IMG/VR virus record: IMGVR_UViG_3300020041_000035
Location: 1 to 6,403 of that record
Reading direction: 5' to 3' (one strand)
From: a virus
DNA length: 6,403 bases
A program made the translations under genes and the position numbers. Shown one piece after another: positions 1-5,762 of this stretch (within the stretch, counting starts at the first letter, position 1; each line of letters starts with the position of its first letter). The notes beneath the pieces were generated by a model. The model worked only from the letters and a program-made list of their open reading frames with translations, made no database searches and had not been told where the DNA came from.

Positions 1-121
1 AATTCTTTGCCTGTTCCTCAGAGATCACACCCTCACGAATCATATTCCAATATTGTGCACCATTCATTTGCAACTGTATGCGCTTTTCCTCGGGGAGATA
101 CATATTCAAAATCTCCTGAGC
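1..121. repeat. Terminal redundancy, identical to 6283..6403. This is the circular-genome overlap, not a biological repeat.
   Basis: Direct comparison: aattctttgcctgttcctcagagatcac...atctcctgagc occurs at both ends. Position 1 corresponds to 6283 and position 121 to 6403. Confidence 0.97.
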
Positions 122-685
122 ATCGTTGCGAAGAAGAAGATTAGCTCTCTGTGCGATCGCAACATCCGCTTGTCTCTGAGTAAAATAAGTATCTGCCATA
201 GTCTTTCCAATCTGAGATTCATAGGTAGGTGCACCGTACTGATCAAGTAGATCAGACTCAGTATTAGTTTTACGAGCATCAGACATAGATTTCATGGCAG
301 CAGCATAAGAAGCAACATCACCAATCATATTAGTAGGCGTAAACTGATAAGGCGAACCACCTGAACCAGAAGCACCTGATACAGTATTAGCAGAAGTAGA
401 AGAAGCTGTACCAGCAGAACCTCCATTCATCATCAAATAAGGATTTAAACCAGCTTCCTCTAAGCGTGCACGCTGATTTTTAGCGGAGTTCCATTCGTTC
501 GTAGCGTCAAACATTGATTTAGCAAAATCACGTGATTTCTGGGATTCAGAACTTGCCCATTCGTTCTGAATCCGCTGCATCTCAAGCTGATGTTTACGAT
601 TCTTAGAACCTTGCCGGTTATTTCCAATAGCATTAACAACACCGCTGGCTAAAGAACCAGCAGCGCCGATAGCTGCACCAATCAT
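1..685 (-). CDS. VP2: Minor capsid / DNA pilot protein VP2, N-terminal 5' portion. The ORF runs off the window start and continues at 6403..5903 because the genome is circular. The reconstructed protein is 354 aa.
   Basis: ATG at 685..683 overlaps the upstream gene's TGA (684..682) as ATGA. I checked every minus-strand codon from 685 down to 2 by hand and found no stop. It is absent from the ORF track because it has no stop inside this copy. The translation begins MIGAAIGAAGSLASGVVNAIGNNRQGSKNRKHQLEMQRIQNEWASSESQKSRDFAKSMFDATNEWNSAKNQRARLEEAGLNPYLMM. The ...AGLNPYLMM block followed by a Gly/Ser/Ala-rich linker is typical of microvirus VP2. It is in frame with track ORF 5903..6391 (685-109=576, divisible by 3; position 109 equals 6391). 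Confidence 0.85.
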   Translation of the reverse strand, partial: MIGAAIGAAGSLASGVVNAIGNNRQGSKNRKHQLEMQRIQNEWASSESQKSRDFAKSMFDATNEWNSAKNQRARLEEAGLNPYLMMNGGSAGTASSTSANTVSGASGSGGSPYQFTPTNMIGDVASYAAAMKSMSDARKTNTESDLLDQYGAPTYESQIGKTMADTYFTQRQADVAIAQRANLLLRNDAQEILNMYLPEEKRIQLQMNGAQYWNMIREGVISEEQAKN

Positions 686-1200
686 TCCGTAAACGACTGG
701 GCGGTAGATTGAGTAGATTGAGTAGACTCAGTAGATTGAGTAGACTCAACAGCAGAGGCTGACAAAGAAGCAGCATAAGCCTGCAAATCAGATTCTAAAG
801 ATTGACCTTCAGAAAGAAGATAATTAAGCCAAGAAGCCATTTCAGTAGCCGACTGAACATTGCGATCCTTGCAATAGTCAAGCAAGAAGTCATCATTGTA
901 GTTACGCGTATAATTCGAAGAGCGAGGAACAAGACTATTCATATAACGACGTAACTGAGTCTGATTCATATTGTCAATAGCTTTTTGACCAAACAAAATG
1001 CCATAGTCTGAACAGAACGTAACAGAACCGTCTGCATTTTGATCAAAAAGAAAATCACCAACAGGATTAGGTTCAGGCAAAACACCCTGAGCAAGCATTT
1101 CGGGAGTTACAACACACCGACAACTCTGAGAATGATCAGAAATATCAGAATTAAGCGAATATTTCGCAAAACCTCTTAAAGGAATATTTTTTTCAGACAT
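682..1200 (-). CDS. Hypothetical 172-aa protein between VP1 and VP2. It may be an internal scaffolding (VP3-like) protein, judged from position only.
   Basis: ATG at 1200, 11 nt after the VP1 stop. Its stop overlaps the VP2 start (ATGA). The C-terminus is acidic and Ser/Thr/Gln-rich. I recognise no catalytic motif, so the function call rests on synteny alone. Confidence 0.75.
   Translation of the reverse strand: MSEKNIPLRGFAKYSLNSDISDHSQSCRCVVTPEMLAQGVLPEPNPVGDFLFDQNADGSVTFCSDYGILFGQKAIDNMNQTQLRRYMNSLVPRSSNYTRNYNDDFLLDYCKDRNVQSATEMASWLNYLLSEGQSLESDLQAYAASLSASAVESTQSTESTQSTQSTAQSFTE
704..748. repeat. Five tandem 9-bp units (gtagattga x3, gtagactca x2) inside the 3' end of the 172-aa gene. They encode a STQ/STE tripeptide repeat (...VESTQSTESTQSTQSTAQ...).
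   Basis: Read directly: gtagattga gtagattga gtagactca gtagattga gtagactca. The unit length is a multiple of 3, so copy-number change stays in frame. Confidence 0.95.
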
Positions 1201-1211
1201 AACGATAAATA

Positions 1212-3068
1212 TTAATAAGGTAAACCATCGTAAGACAAATTACGAGCAACACGGACATCAAAATCACAATTGACAAGCAATTGATCAGTATTCCATGAAC
1301 CATCAGCGACAACACCGAAAATAGGATTGACAACAGATGGATTTATTTTAAACCACGTGTAAAAACCAAAACGCGCACTACCGGGAGCATTATTATTATC
1401 GAAATAGATTTTTAAATAATCCTGTCCGATCGGAGCAGTCCAAGATTTTAAAGTGTCAATGAAAGCACCTCGAACAACATCAACAGACGTTTTCCAACTG
1501 ATGTAGCGAGGAACATAACCGAAAGGTTTAGACTCTTGAACCGGCTGAACATCGCTAGTATTTAGCAACGAATAAGACGGAAGTTCTTCAAAACCGATTG
1601 AATCCATCTCAGGAACAGGCCATGAATCACCGTCAACAGTGGTCATAAATTGAAGATCAGGGCCGGTAGGCGCATAATCCAACAGAGGAACTGCGTGATA
1701 GATACACATCAAAACACCATGTTCGGTAGTTTTAAACGTTTCAGGTTTATTTACACGATAACCGCCAAGACCTTTACCTCTAATAATAGCTTCATCAGAA
1801 ACAAGGTTTGTATTTTCAACAGCGGAAATATCAATCGAACCATCAAAACCACAAACACGAGTAGCACGATGGGAAGTAATCGGATTTGGAGAAACACCAA
1901 AGTGAGCCTTAACCTGTGAAGCATAATTTTGACCGTTCGCCTGAGCAATCTCTTTCCACTTCTGCAAACATTCAGCAGCACGAAGTTGAAGAACAGAAAA
2001 TTTTGCATTCAATTGACCTGACAACCGTGCATCGAAGTCAGAACCATCTACATTAGCAGGATTAAAAATACGACCAAAAGCATTCGTACTAGTAGCAAAA
2101 AGATAACCATTGTCTTTATTACTAACATCTTCCTGTACAGTAGTAACCTGCTGAGCATCATTAATACCAACAGGATTATAAAGACGAGATTGCGAACGAA
2201 TACCCATACCATCACGACCACCGTAACCAACTGGCATATTACCTGAAACTAAAGCGGTACCAGTAACACCAACTTTCATAGTAGAAGTATCAAGGCCAAC
2301 AGAAACGGCAGCAACATCACCAAACTGAGTGTTAGGCATAGCACCCATATAAAGATCTTTGTTCCAGTTAGCATATCGAAGTTCAAAAACTGAATCGTTC
2401 GGATTAGTATCAAAAAGATCTTTTGAAAAAGCTACAGGTGTAGAATCCTCACCGTTCCAAAAGTCGCAGTTATAAGTCCAAGGCTTATTTACTTCCCATT
2501 GAGATTGCCGATAGTAATCGTTATAAATCTTTTGATAGGCATAGAACGGGAAAGCAGATATACGAAGATTGGAAAGCGTCTTAGACGGGTCAATTTCACC
2601 TGTACCTAAATAATTAAAAAGCTTGTAGAAACCACTTGAACGAGCAAAACCAAACATATTATTATGATATGTAGAAGCCTGAACATTAGTAACAGCATTG
2701 TGCAAAGTCTGAAGATCAACCCAAGGAAGTTTGCGATTGAAAGTAATACTTTGAGCACTTGATGCAGCATAGTTAGGTTGATTTTCCATTGACATAATTG
2801 CTTCGTTTGAGTTTCTATACATCAAATGTAAAGGAACAAAGAACCACTCGTAATACTCACGAATACGGGTAAATGCAGAAGTGTCAACAGGTTGAGTACG
2901 GGTAAACCATTCCTGCGAAATCTTAAACTTATCACCGGGAAGGCAGAACTTCCAATAGACAGGCAGAAGTTCACCGACCTTAGCAGTGAAAGAGTTCTTG
3001 TTGCCAAGATCAAAACCAGAGCGACGAGGTTTATTCTTAATGTCGCCATACGAAAAAAGACCAGCCAT
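1212..3068 (-). CDS. VP1: Major capsid protein VP1 (Microviridae F-protein family), 618 aa
   Basis: ATG start at 3068. The N-terminus reads KPRRSGFDLGNKNSFTAKVGELLPVYWKFCLPGDKFKISQEWFTRTQP. This matches the conserved microvirus VP1 pattern (PRS-FD-S...F.A G.L.P......LPGD.F.I). The size is typical of gokusho/alpavirus-type capsid proteins with a large insertion loop. Confidence 0.96.
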   Translation of the reverse strand: MAGLFSYGDIKNKPRRSGFDLGNKNSFTAKVGELLPVYWKFCLPGDKFKISQEWFTRTQPVDTSAFTRIREYYEWFFVPLHLMYRNSNEAIMSMENQPNYAASSAQSITFNRKLPWVDLQTLHNAVTNVQASTYHNNMFGFARSSGFYKLFNYLGTGEIDPSKTLSNLRISAFPFYAYQKIYNDYYRQSQWEVNKPWTYNCDFWNGEDSTPVAFSKDLFDTNPNDSVFELRYANWNKDLYMGAMPNTQFGDVAAVSVGLDTSTMKVGVTGTALVSGNMPVGYGGRDGMGIRSQSRLYNPVGINDAQQVTTVQEDVSNKDNGYLFATSTNAFGRIFNPANVDGSDFDARLSGQLNAKFSVLQLRAAECLQKWKEIAQANGQNYASQVKAHFGVSPNPITSHRATRVCGFDGSIDISAVENTNLVSDEAIIRGKGLGGYRVNKPETFKTTEHGVLMCIYHAVPLLDYAPTGPDLQFMTTVDGDSWPVPEMDSIGFEELPSYSLLNTSDVQPVQESKPFGYVPRYISWKTSVDVVRGAFIDTLKSWTAPIGQDYLKIYFDNNNAPGSARFGFYTWFKINPSVVNPIFGVVADGSWNTDQLLVNCDFDVRVARNLSYDGLPY

Positions 3069-3073
3069 AAAAA

Positions 3074-3283
3074 TTAATCTTTAAAGTTAAACTTAAGTTG
3101 AATTATCTCCGTTTCTGAAAGAGCGTCAAGAGGTCTAACAAAAACATCAATATTTTGCGAAATACGTTTATCCTCAATTTCATATAAATACTGTTTAAAA
3201 TAATGAACATAACTTTCGGGTATCCCGTCTACTGTATCATTATGAATAGACGGGAAACTCTCAATATCAATACCGTAGGCCAT
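3074..3283 (-). CDS. Hypothetical acidic 69-aa protein
   Basis: Its ATG (3283..3281) shares one base with the TGA of the upstream peptidase gene (TGATG). Its stop lies 5 nt before the VP1 ATG. It exactly fills the gap in an otherwise gap-free operon. No recognisable motif. Confidence 0.6.
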   Translation of the reverse strand: MAYGIDIESFPSIHNDTVDGIPESYVHYFKQYLYEIEDKRISQNIDVFVRPLDALSETEIIQLKFNFKD

Positions 3284-3678
3284 CAGTTATCTTTTACAAT
3301 AACTTCATGCCGATAAGTAGGAGAATAGGACACATGAACAAACTTCTTCTTCTGATAATAGATCAATTGATCAAAAGGAAGATCAGATTCAGCGATAAGA
3401 TCAAAGAGTGCTTTCGGGTCATCACAACGAAGATCAGCAGCCAAACCTTGCATGTGTTGCGAAGTAGAAACACCACCAACTAAGCGGTTAAGAAACGGAG
3501 TCCGGAAACCTGAAGTAACAACAATAGGCTTACCGTACTTCTCACGGACAGGGTCAAGAATCCAACGGCAAAGCAAGGTAAGACGCTGAATATCGTCCCA
3601 AGAAGGAATGTTATTTTCCTGTGCGGTAGACGCAGTTGAGATCAACTCGTCAAAACCAAAAAATTTAGGTGTATACAT
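3283..3678 (-). CDS. Peptidase M15 family (Peptidase_M15_3 / PF08291-like) zinc D-Ala-D-Ala or L-Ala-D-Glu type cell-wall peptidase, 131 aa
   Basis: Signature SGFRTPFLNRLVGGVSTSQHMQGLAADL (S-x-H-x-x-G-x-A-x-D zinc/catalytic block) plus the downstream FVHVSY histidine block. The upstream KYGKPIVVTSG segment also fits the family. ATG start at 3678. Confidence 0.9.
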   Translation of the reverse strand: MYTPKFFGFDELISTASTAQENNIPSWDDIQRLTLLCRWILDPVREKYGKPIVVTSGFRTPFLNRLVGGVSTSQHMQGLAADLRCDDPKALFDLIAESDLPFDQLIYYQKKKFVHVSYSPTYRHEVIVKDN

Positions 3679-3679
3679 A

Positions 3680-3832
3680 TCAATCGGGATTATCTAAGAC
3701 TTTAATAATATCAAGCAACTCAACAACATAACCTTTACTTAAGTAGGTATTAACACAAAAGGAACTGATAACGCAACGGGTAGACTCATTACAATAATGC
3801 AAAACAGCCAAATAATAAATTTTCTTTTCCAT
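3680..3832 (-). CDS. Small hypothetical protein, 50 aa, not in the ORF track (below its length cutoff): MEKKIYYLAVLHYCNESTRCVISSFCVNTYLSKGYVVELLDIIKVLDNPD
   Basis: The ATG at 3832..3830 lies 6 nt after the VP4 stop (3839..3841). The TGA at 3682..3680 lies 1 nt before the peptidase ATG. It therefore fills the only other intergenic gap on the coding strand. Contains 4 Cys. No homology is recognisable by eye. Confidence 0.5.
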   Translation of the reverse strand: MEKKIYYLAVLHYCNESTRCVISSFCVNTYLSKGYVVELLDIIKVLDNPD

Positions 3833-3838
3833 AATATT

Positions 3839-5449
3839 CTAATATTTATCACATTCGGCAATCAATGCGCAATTCAAATCATTGAGATATTTGTGCTTTA
3901 TACGCTGTCGATTATCTGCAGCAACCTCTGCATAGGCAGCTCGACAAAACGGAGATAAAGCCAGCACTTCACGATAAGAATTACGCATCAACTCACCGTC
4001 AGTAAGAGGATAAAAATATCTAAAATCAACCTGAGTAGACAGATAATTATTACGAGACCAAGACTCAACCTTTACAAGCTGATCATGAAGATGTTTAGCG
4101 TCCATATAGCTATAAAAGGCATAGATCGTTCGGAACGCCCTACGTAATTGACCATAAAAAGCAATATGATTAGACGGAACAGTTATCCAATGATCACAAA
4201 GATTGCGATAAGCCAAAAACAAGCGATACACAGCAGAACATCCCTCTAATTCGCTAAAATTGAGATACAAAGATAAACGACAAGCATTGTAGATGAAACG
4301 AAGCGTTTCAGGGGCATTGTCCAAACTGTGATCAACTTGCAAATATTTTTTAATAACAAAGAAAGTACGCTTAGCCTGCTCAAACAAAGTCACTTCATCG
4401 AGGAATCCAAACCTTGCGAGGACTTGAGGTATTTTAGAGACAAAGATCGCAGTTCTAACGTTAGAATCAACATCCGATACAGAAGAGCGGTCAAGGATGG
4501 GGTATAGTCGATTGATAAGCGACCGCTTAGGCCGGCAAAGTGTAGGCTTACCACCGAGAGAGAGGTAAATTCCATCAACGAACTTATCGAATACTTCTTC
4601 GTTTTCTTCGGGCTTAAAAGCTTCGATAAACGAGCGTTCCGCAAAATGCTGTGAAAAACGTCCGAATGGCGCGATTTTTCTATTACATCTATAAAACTCG
4701 GGAAGACAGTGAGAGCTATTAAGGTATCCCGCAACATACGATGAAGCGGAAGACCATACACGTTGCGTATCTGAATTACCAAAGCGCCATGTCTTATCCA
4801 CAAGCTGTCCAAATACTTGGGCGAGCCGTTCCGAGTCAAAGAAAAATAGGAGATGGAAATGCGGACGGAATGTTTTAGGACCGTATTCTCCGACAGTGTA
4901 CGTATGAATCTTTTCATTTGTATATTTTTTTATTTGTTGATTAATTCTTTTATGAAACAATTGAACATCTCGGTAGTTAAGGTAGGGTAACAAATCGCCC
5001 ATATTAGGATATTTAACAACAGAACGACCATCAGGATAAACAGTCCTATCAAGATGTGTTTTAGCCAAGAGATCGGTAACTGCTTCATCACTGAGATTAG
5101 TAGGATAATCAAATTCTTCATCACAAAAAGACATTTTACAATTATATCCTTGAGATGTAACATACGTGTAAACATGATCACGAGGTACACAACAAAGATG
5201 GTAAGAATCATCAAGTTTATAAAACCTTGCAACAGGTATATGCTCTGTGGCATAAGTCAAAGTTACAAAGAAACAACAACGAGAAGATGCAAGCTGAATA
5301 TTACAACGAAGTTCCTTCTGAATGGCTTTATTGGAAAGACACACCTCACATGTACCACATTCAACATATATGGGATCACCTGTATGTTTGTTTTTAACAA
5401 TAACAGGATGCAAACAAGAGCAATATGGTTTAACTATTGGACTAATCAT
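3839..5449 (-). CDS. VP4: Replication initiation protein VP4 (rolling-circle HUH endonuclease), 536 aa from ATG 5449. The track ORF begins at an upstream in-frame TTG at 5488.
   Basis: All three RCR motifs are present: motif I CCFFVTLTYA, motif II RPHFHLLFFF (HUH, codons at 4861..4853), and motif III SSYVAGYLNS (two Tyr spaced Y-x-x-x-Y as in phiX174 protein A). The N-terminal Cys cluster CLHP...ECGTCEVC is typical of microvirus VP4. I prefer ATG 5449 (MISPIVKPYCSCLHP...) to TTG 5488, but the start is not proven. Confidence 0.93.
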   Translation of the reverse strand: MISPIVKPYCSCLHPVIVKNKHTGDPIYVECGTCEVCLSNKAIQKELRCNIQLASSRCCFFVTLTYATEHIPVARFYKLDDSYHLCCVPRDHVYTYVTSQGYNCKMSFCDEEFDYPTNLSDEAVTDLLAKTHLDRTVYPDGRSVVKYPNMGDLLPYLNYRDVQLFHKRINQQIKKYTNEKIHTYTVGEYGPKTFRPHFHLLFFFDSERLAQVFGQLVDKTWRFGNSDTQRVWSSASSYVAGYLNSSHCLPEFYRCNRKIAPFGRFSQHFAERSFIEAFKPEENEEVFDKFVDGIYLSLGGKPTLCRPKRSLINRLYPILDRSSVSDVDSNVRTAIFVSKIPQVLARFGFLDEVTLFEQAKRTFFVIKKYLQVDHSLDNAPETLRFIYNACRLSLYLNFSELEGCSAVYRLFLAYRNLCDHWITVPSNHIAFYGQLRRAFRTIYAFYSYMDAKHLHDQLVKVESWSRNNYLSTQVDFRYFYPLTDGELMRNSYREVLALSPFCRAAYAEVAADNRQRIKHKYLNDLNCALIAECDKY

Positions 5450-5452
5450 GTA

Positions 5453-5460
5453 CAAAGATA
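5453..5460 (-). promoter_or_regulatory. Possible Bacteroidetes-type -7 promoter box (TATCTTTG, matching consensus TAnnTTTG) immediately upstream of the VP4 ATG
   Basis: This is the only exact TAnnTTTG match I found on the coding strand of the 5450..5902 non-coding region. It would place the transcription start at or within the ATG (leaderless). The nearest upstream TTTG is about 25 nt away, longer than the usual -33/-7 spacing, so support is weak. Confidence 0.25.
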
Positions 5461-5577
5461 AACGATAAAAATCGAAATGTGCAAGCAAACGTTTTTTTTT
5501 TAACTATAAATTAACATTAAGAACATACCTATATATATAGTGATGTCACTTTTGCTAATCATGAACAAGGAAGTTTG

Positions 5578-5603
5578 AATCGGAAATAACAGTTAATCCG
5601 ATT
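5578..5603. promoter_or_regulatory. AT-rich stem-loop with a 7-bp perfect stem (5578..5584 aatcgga pairs with 5597..5603 tccgatt) and a 12-nt loop. Candidate origin or nick-site hairpin.
   Basis: Pairs verified base by base. Three further inner pairs around a CTG triloop are possible. It sits 1 nt from a GCGAAGC mini-hairpin. The function is inferred. Confidence 0.55.
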
Positions 5604-5604
5604 T

Positions 5605-5611
5605 GCTTCGC
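5605..5611 (-). other. GCGAAGC heptamer on the packaged-sense strand (mini-hairpin motif), copy 1. The flanking T and A can add a third pair.
   Basis: The plus strand reads gcttcgc, so the minus strand reads GCGAAGC. d(GCGAAGC) is known as an exceptionally stable DNA mini-hairpin. Confidence 0.5.
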
Positions 5612-5662
5612 ACAAAAGTGAAGAGAACTACGTACCAGAATAAAATAACTATGCAGACCAAC

Positions 5663-5669
5663 GCTTCGC
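5663..5669 (-). other. GCGAAGC heptamer on the packaged-sense strand, copy 2, at the AT-proximal edge of the GC-rich island
   Basis: The plus strand reads gcttcgc at 5663..5669. A degenerate third copy (GCGAAGA) lies at 5727..5733. Confidence 0.5.
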
Positions 5670-5687
5670 TAAGACCCTTCCGGGGGA

Positions 5688-5706
5688 CCACGGCTACGGC
5701 CCGTGG
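5688..5706. other. Stable GC hairpin: ccacgg/ccgtgg (6 bp), plus a C-G pair closing a 4-nt loop, with one bulged base
   Basis: Pairs are 5688-5706, 5689-5705, 5690-5704, 5691-5703, 5692-5702, 5693-5701 and 5694-5699. The loop reads UACG (UNCG class) in window-plus sense and CGUA in gene sense. Confidence 0.6.
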
Positions 5707-5730
5707 ACGGCCGACGTTTTTTTCATTCTT

Positions 5731-5762
5731 CGCTCCCGCTCGACATAGAGATTTAGGGAGCG
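5731..5762. other. Hairpin with a 7-bp GC stem (5731..5737 cgctccc pairs with 5756..5762 gggagcg), an inner 3-bp helix (5739..5741 with 5748..5750) and a 6-nt loop
   Basis: Pairs verified base by base from the sequence. Confidence 0.6.

Noticed and set aside
4390-5253. Long same-strand alternative-frame ORFs inside VP4 (4930..5253, very hydrophobic, and 4390..4917, basic). Both are in the +1 frame and separated by a single stop. They are tempting as phiX174-style overlapping genes (B, K or E analogues).
   Set aside because: VP4 third codon positions are strongly T/C-rich. In the +1 frame that puts T/C at codon position 2, which both depletes TAA/TAG/TGA and yields Leu/Ile/Phe/Val/Ser-rich pseudo-proteins. 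The same artefact appears inside VP1 (1751..2008, 2048..2230, 2822..3049) and VP2 (460..642, 5998..6279). There is no independent evidence for them. They would deserve another look only if the frame is conserved with purifying selection in relatives.
53-5461. Plus-strand track ORFs (53..250, 1650..1919, 2892..3077, 5054..5461), antisense to VP2, VP1 and VP4
   Set aside because: They are antisense to confidently identified genes and their translations are low-complexity or odd. Microviruses express a single strand.
5509-5519. TAATGTTAATT on the gene-sense strand matches 9 of 11 bases of the E. coli dif XerD arm (TTATGTTAAAT). This is relevant because Bacteroidetes microvirus prophages have been proposed to integrate via host Xer recombinases.
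   Set aside because: The local background is about 30% G+C, so near-matches are cheap. I found no convincing XerC arm at 6 to 8 nt spacing, and I do not know the Bacteroidetes dif consensus well enough. It is worth a quick scan with a proper dif model but not claimable.
5536-5542. CACTATA on the gene-sense strand, identical to part of the phiX174 origin key sequence (CACTATAG), with CTTG upstream
   Set aside because: It is only a 7-mer embedded in a (TA)n tract. Its spacing to the CTTG (23 nt) differs from phiX174 (10 nt). There is no broader similarity.
5731-5762. The GC stem followed by AAGAATGAAAAAAAC loosely resembles a CRISPR repeat (stem plus ATTGAAAC tail), raising the idea of a solitary repeat or RNA anti-CRISPR
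   Set aside because: The 18-nt loop is far larger than in CRISPR repeats. There is no second copy or spacer structure, and the tail match is weak.
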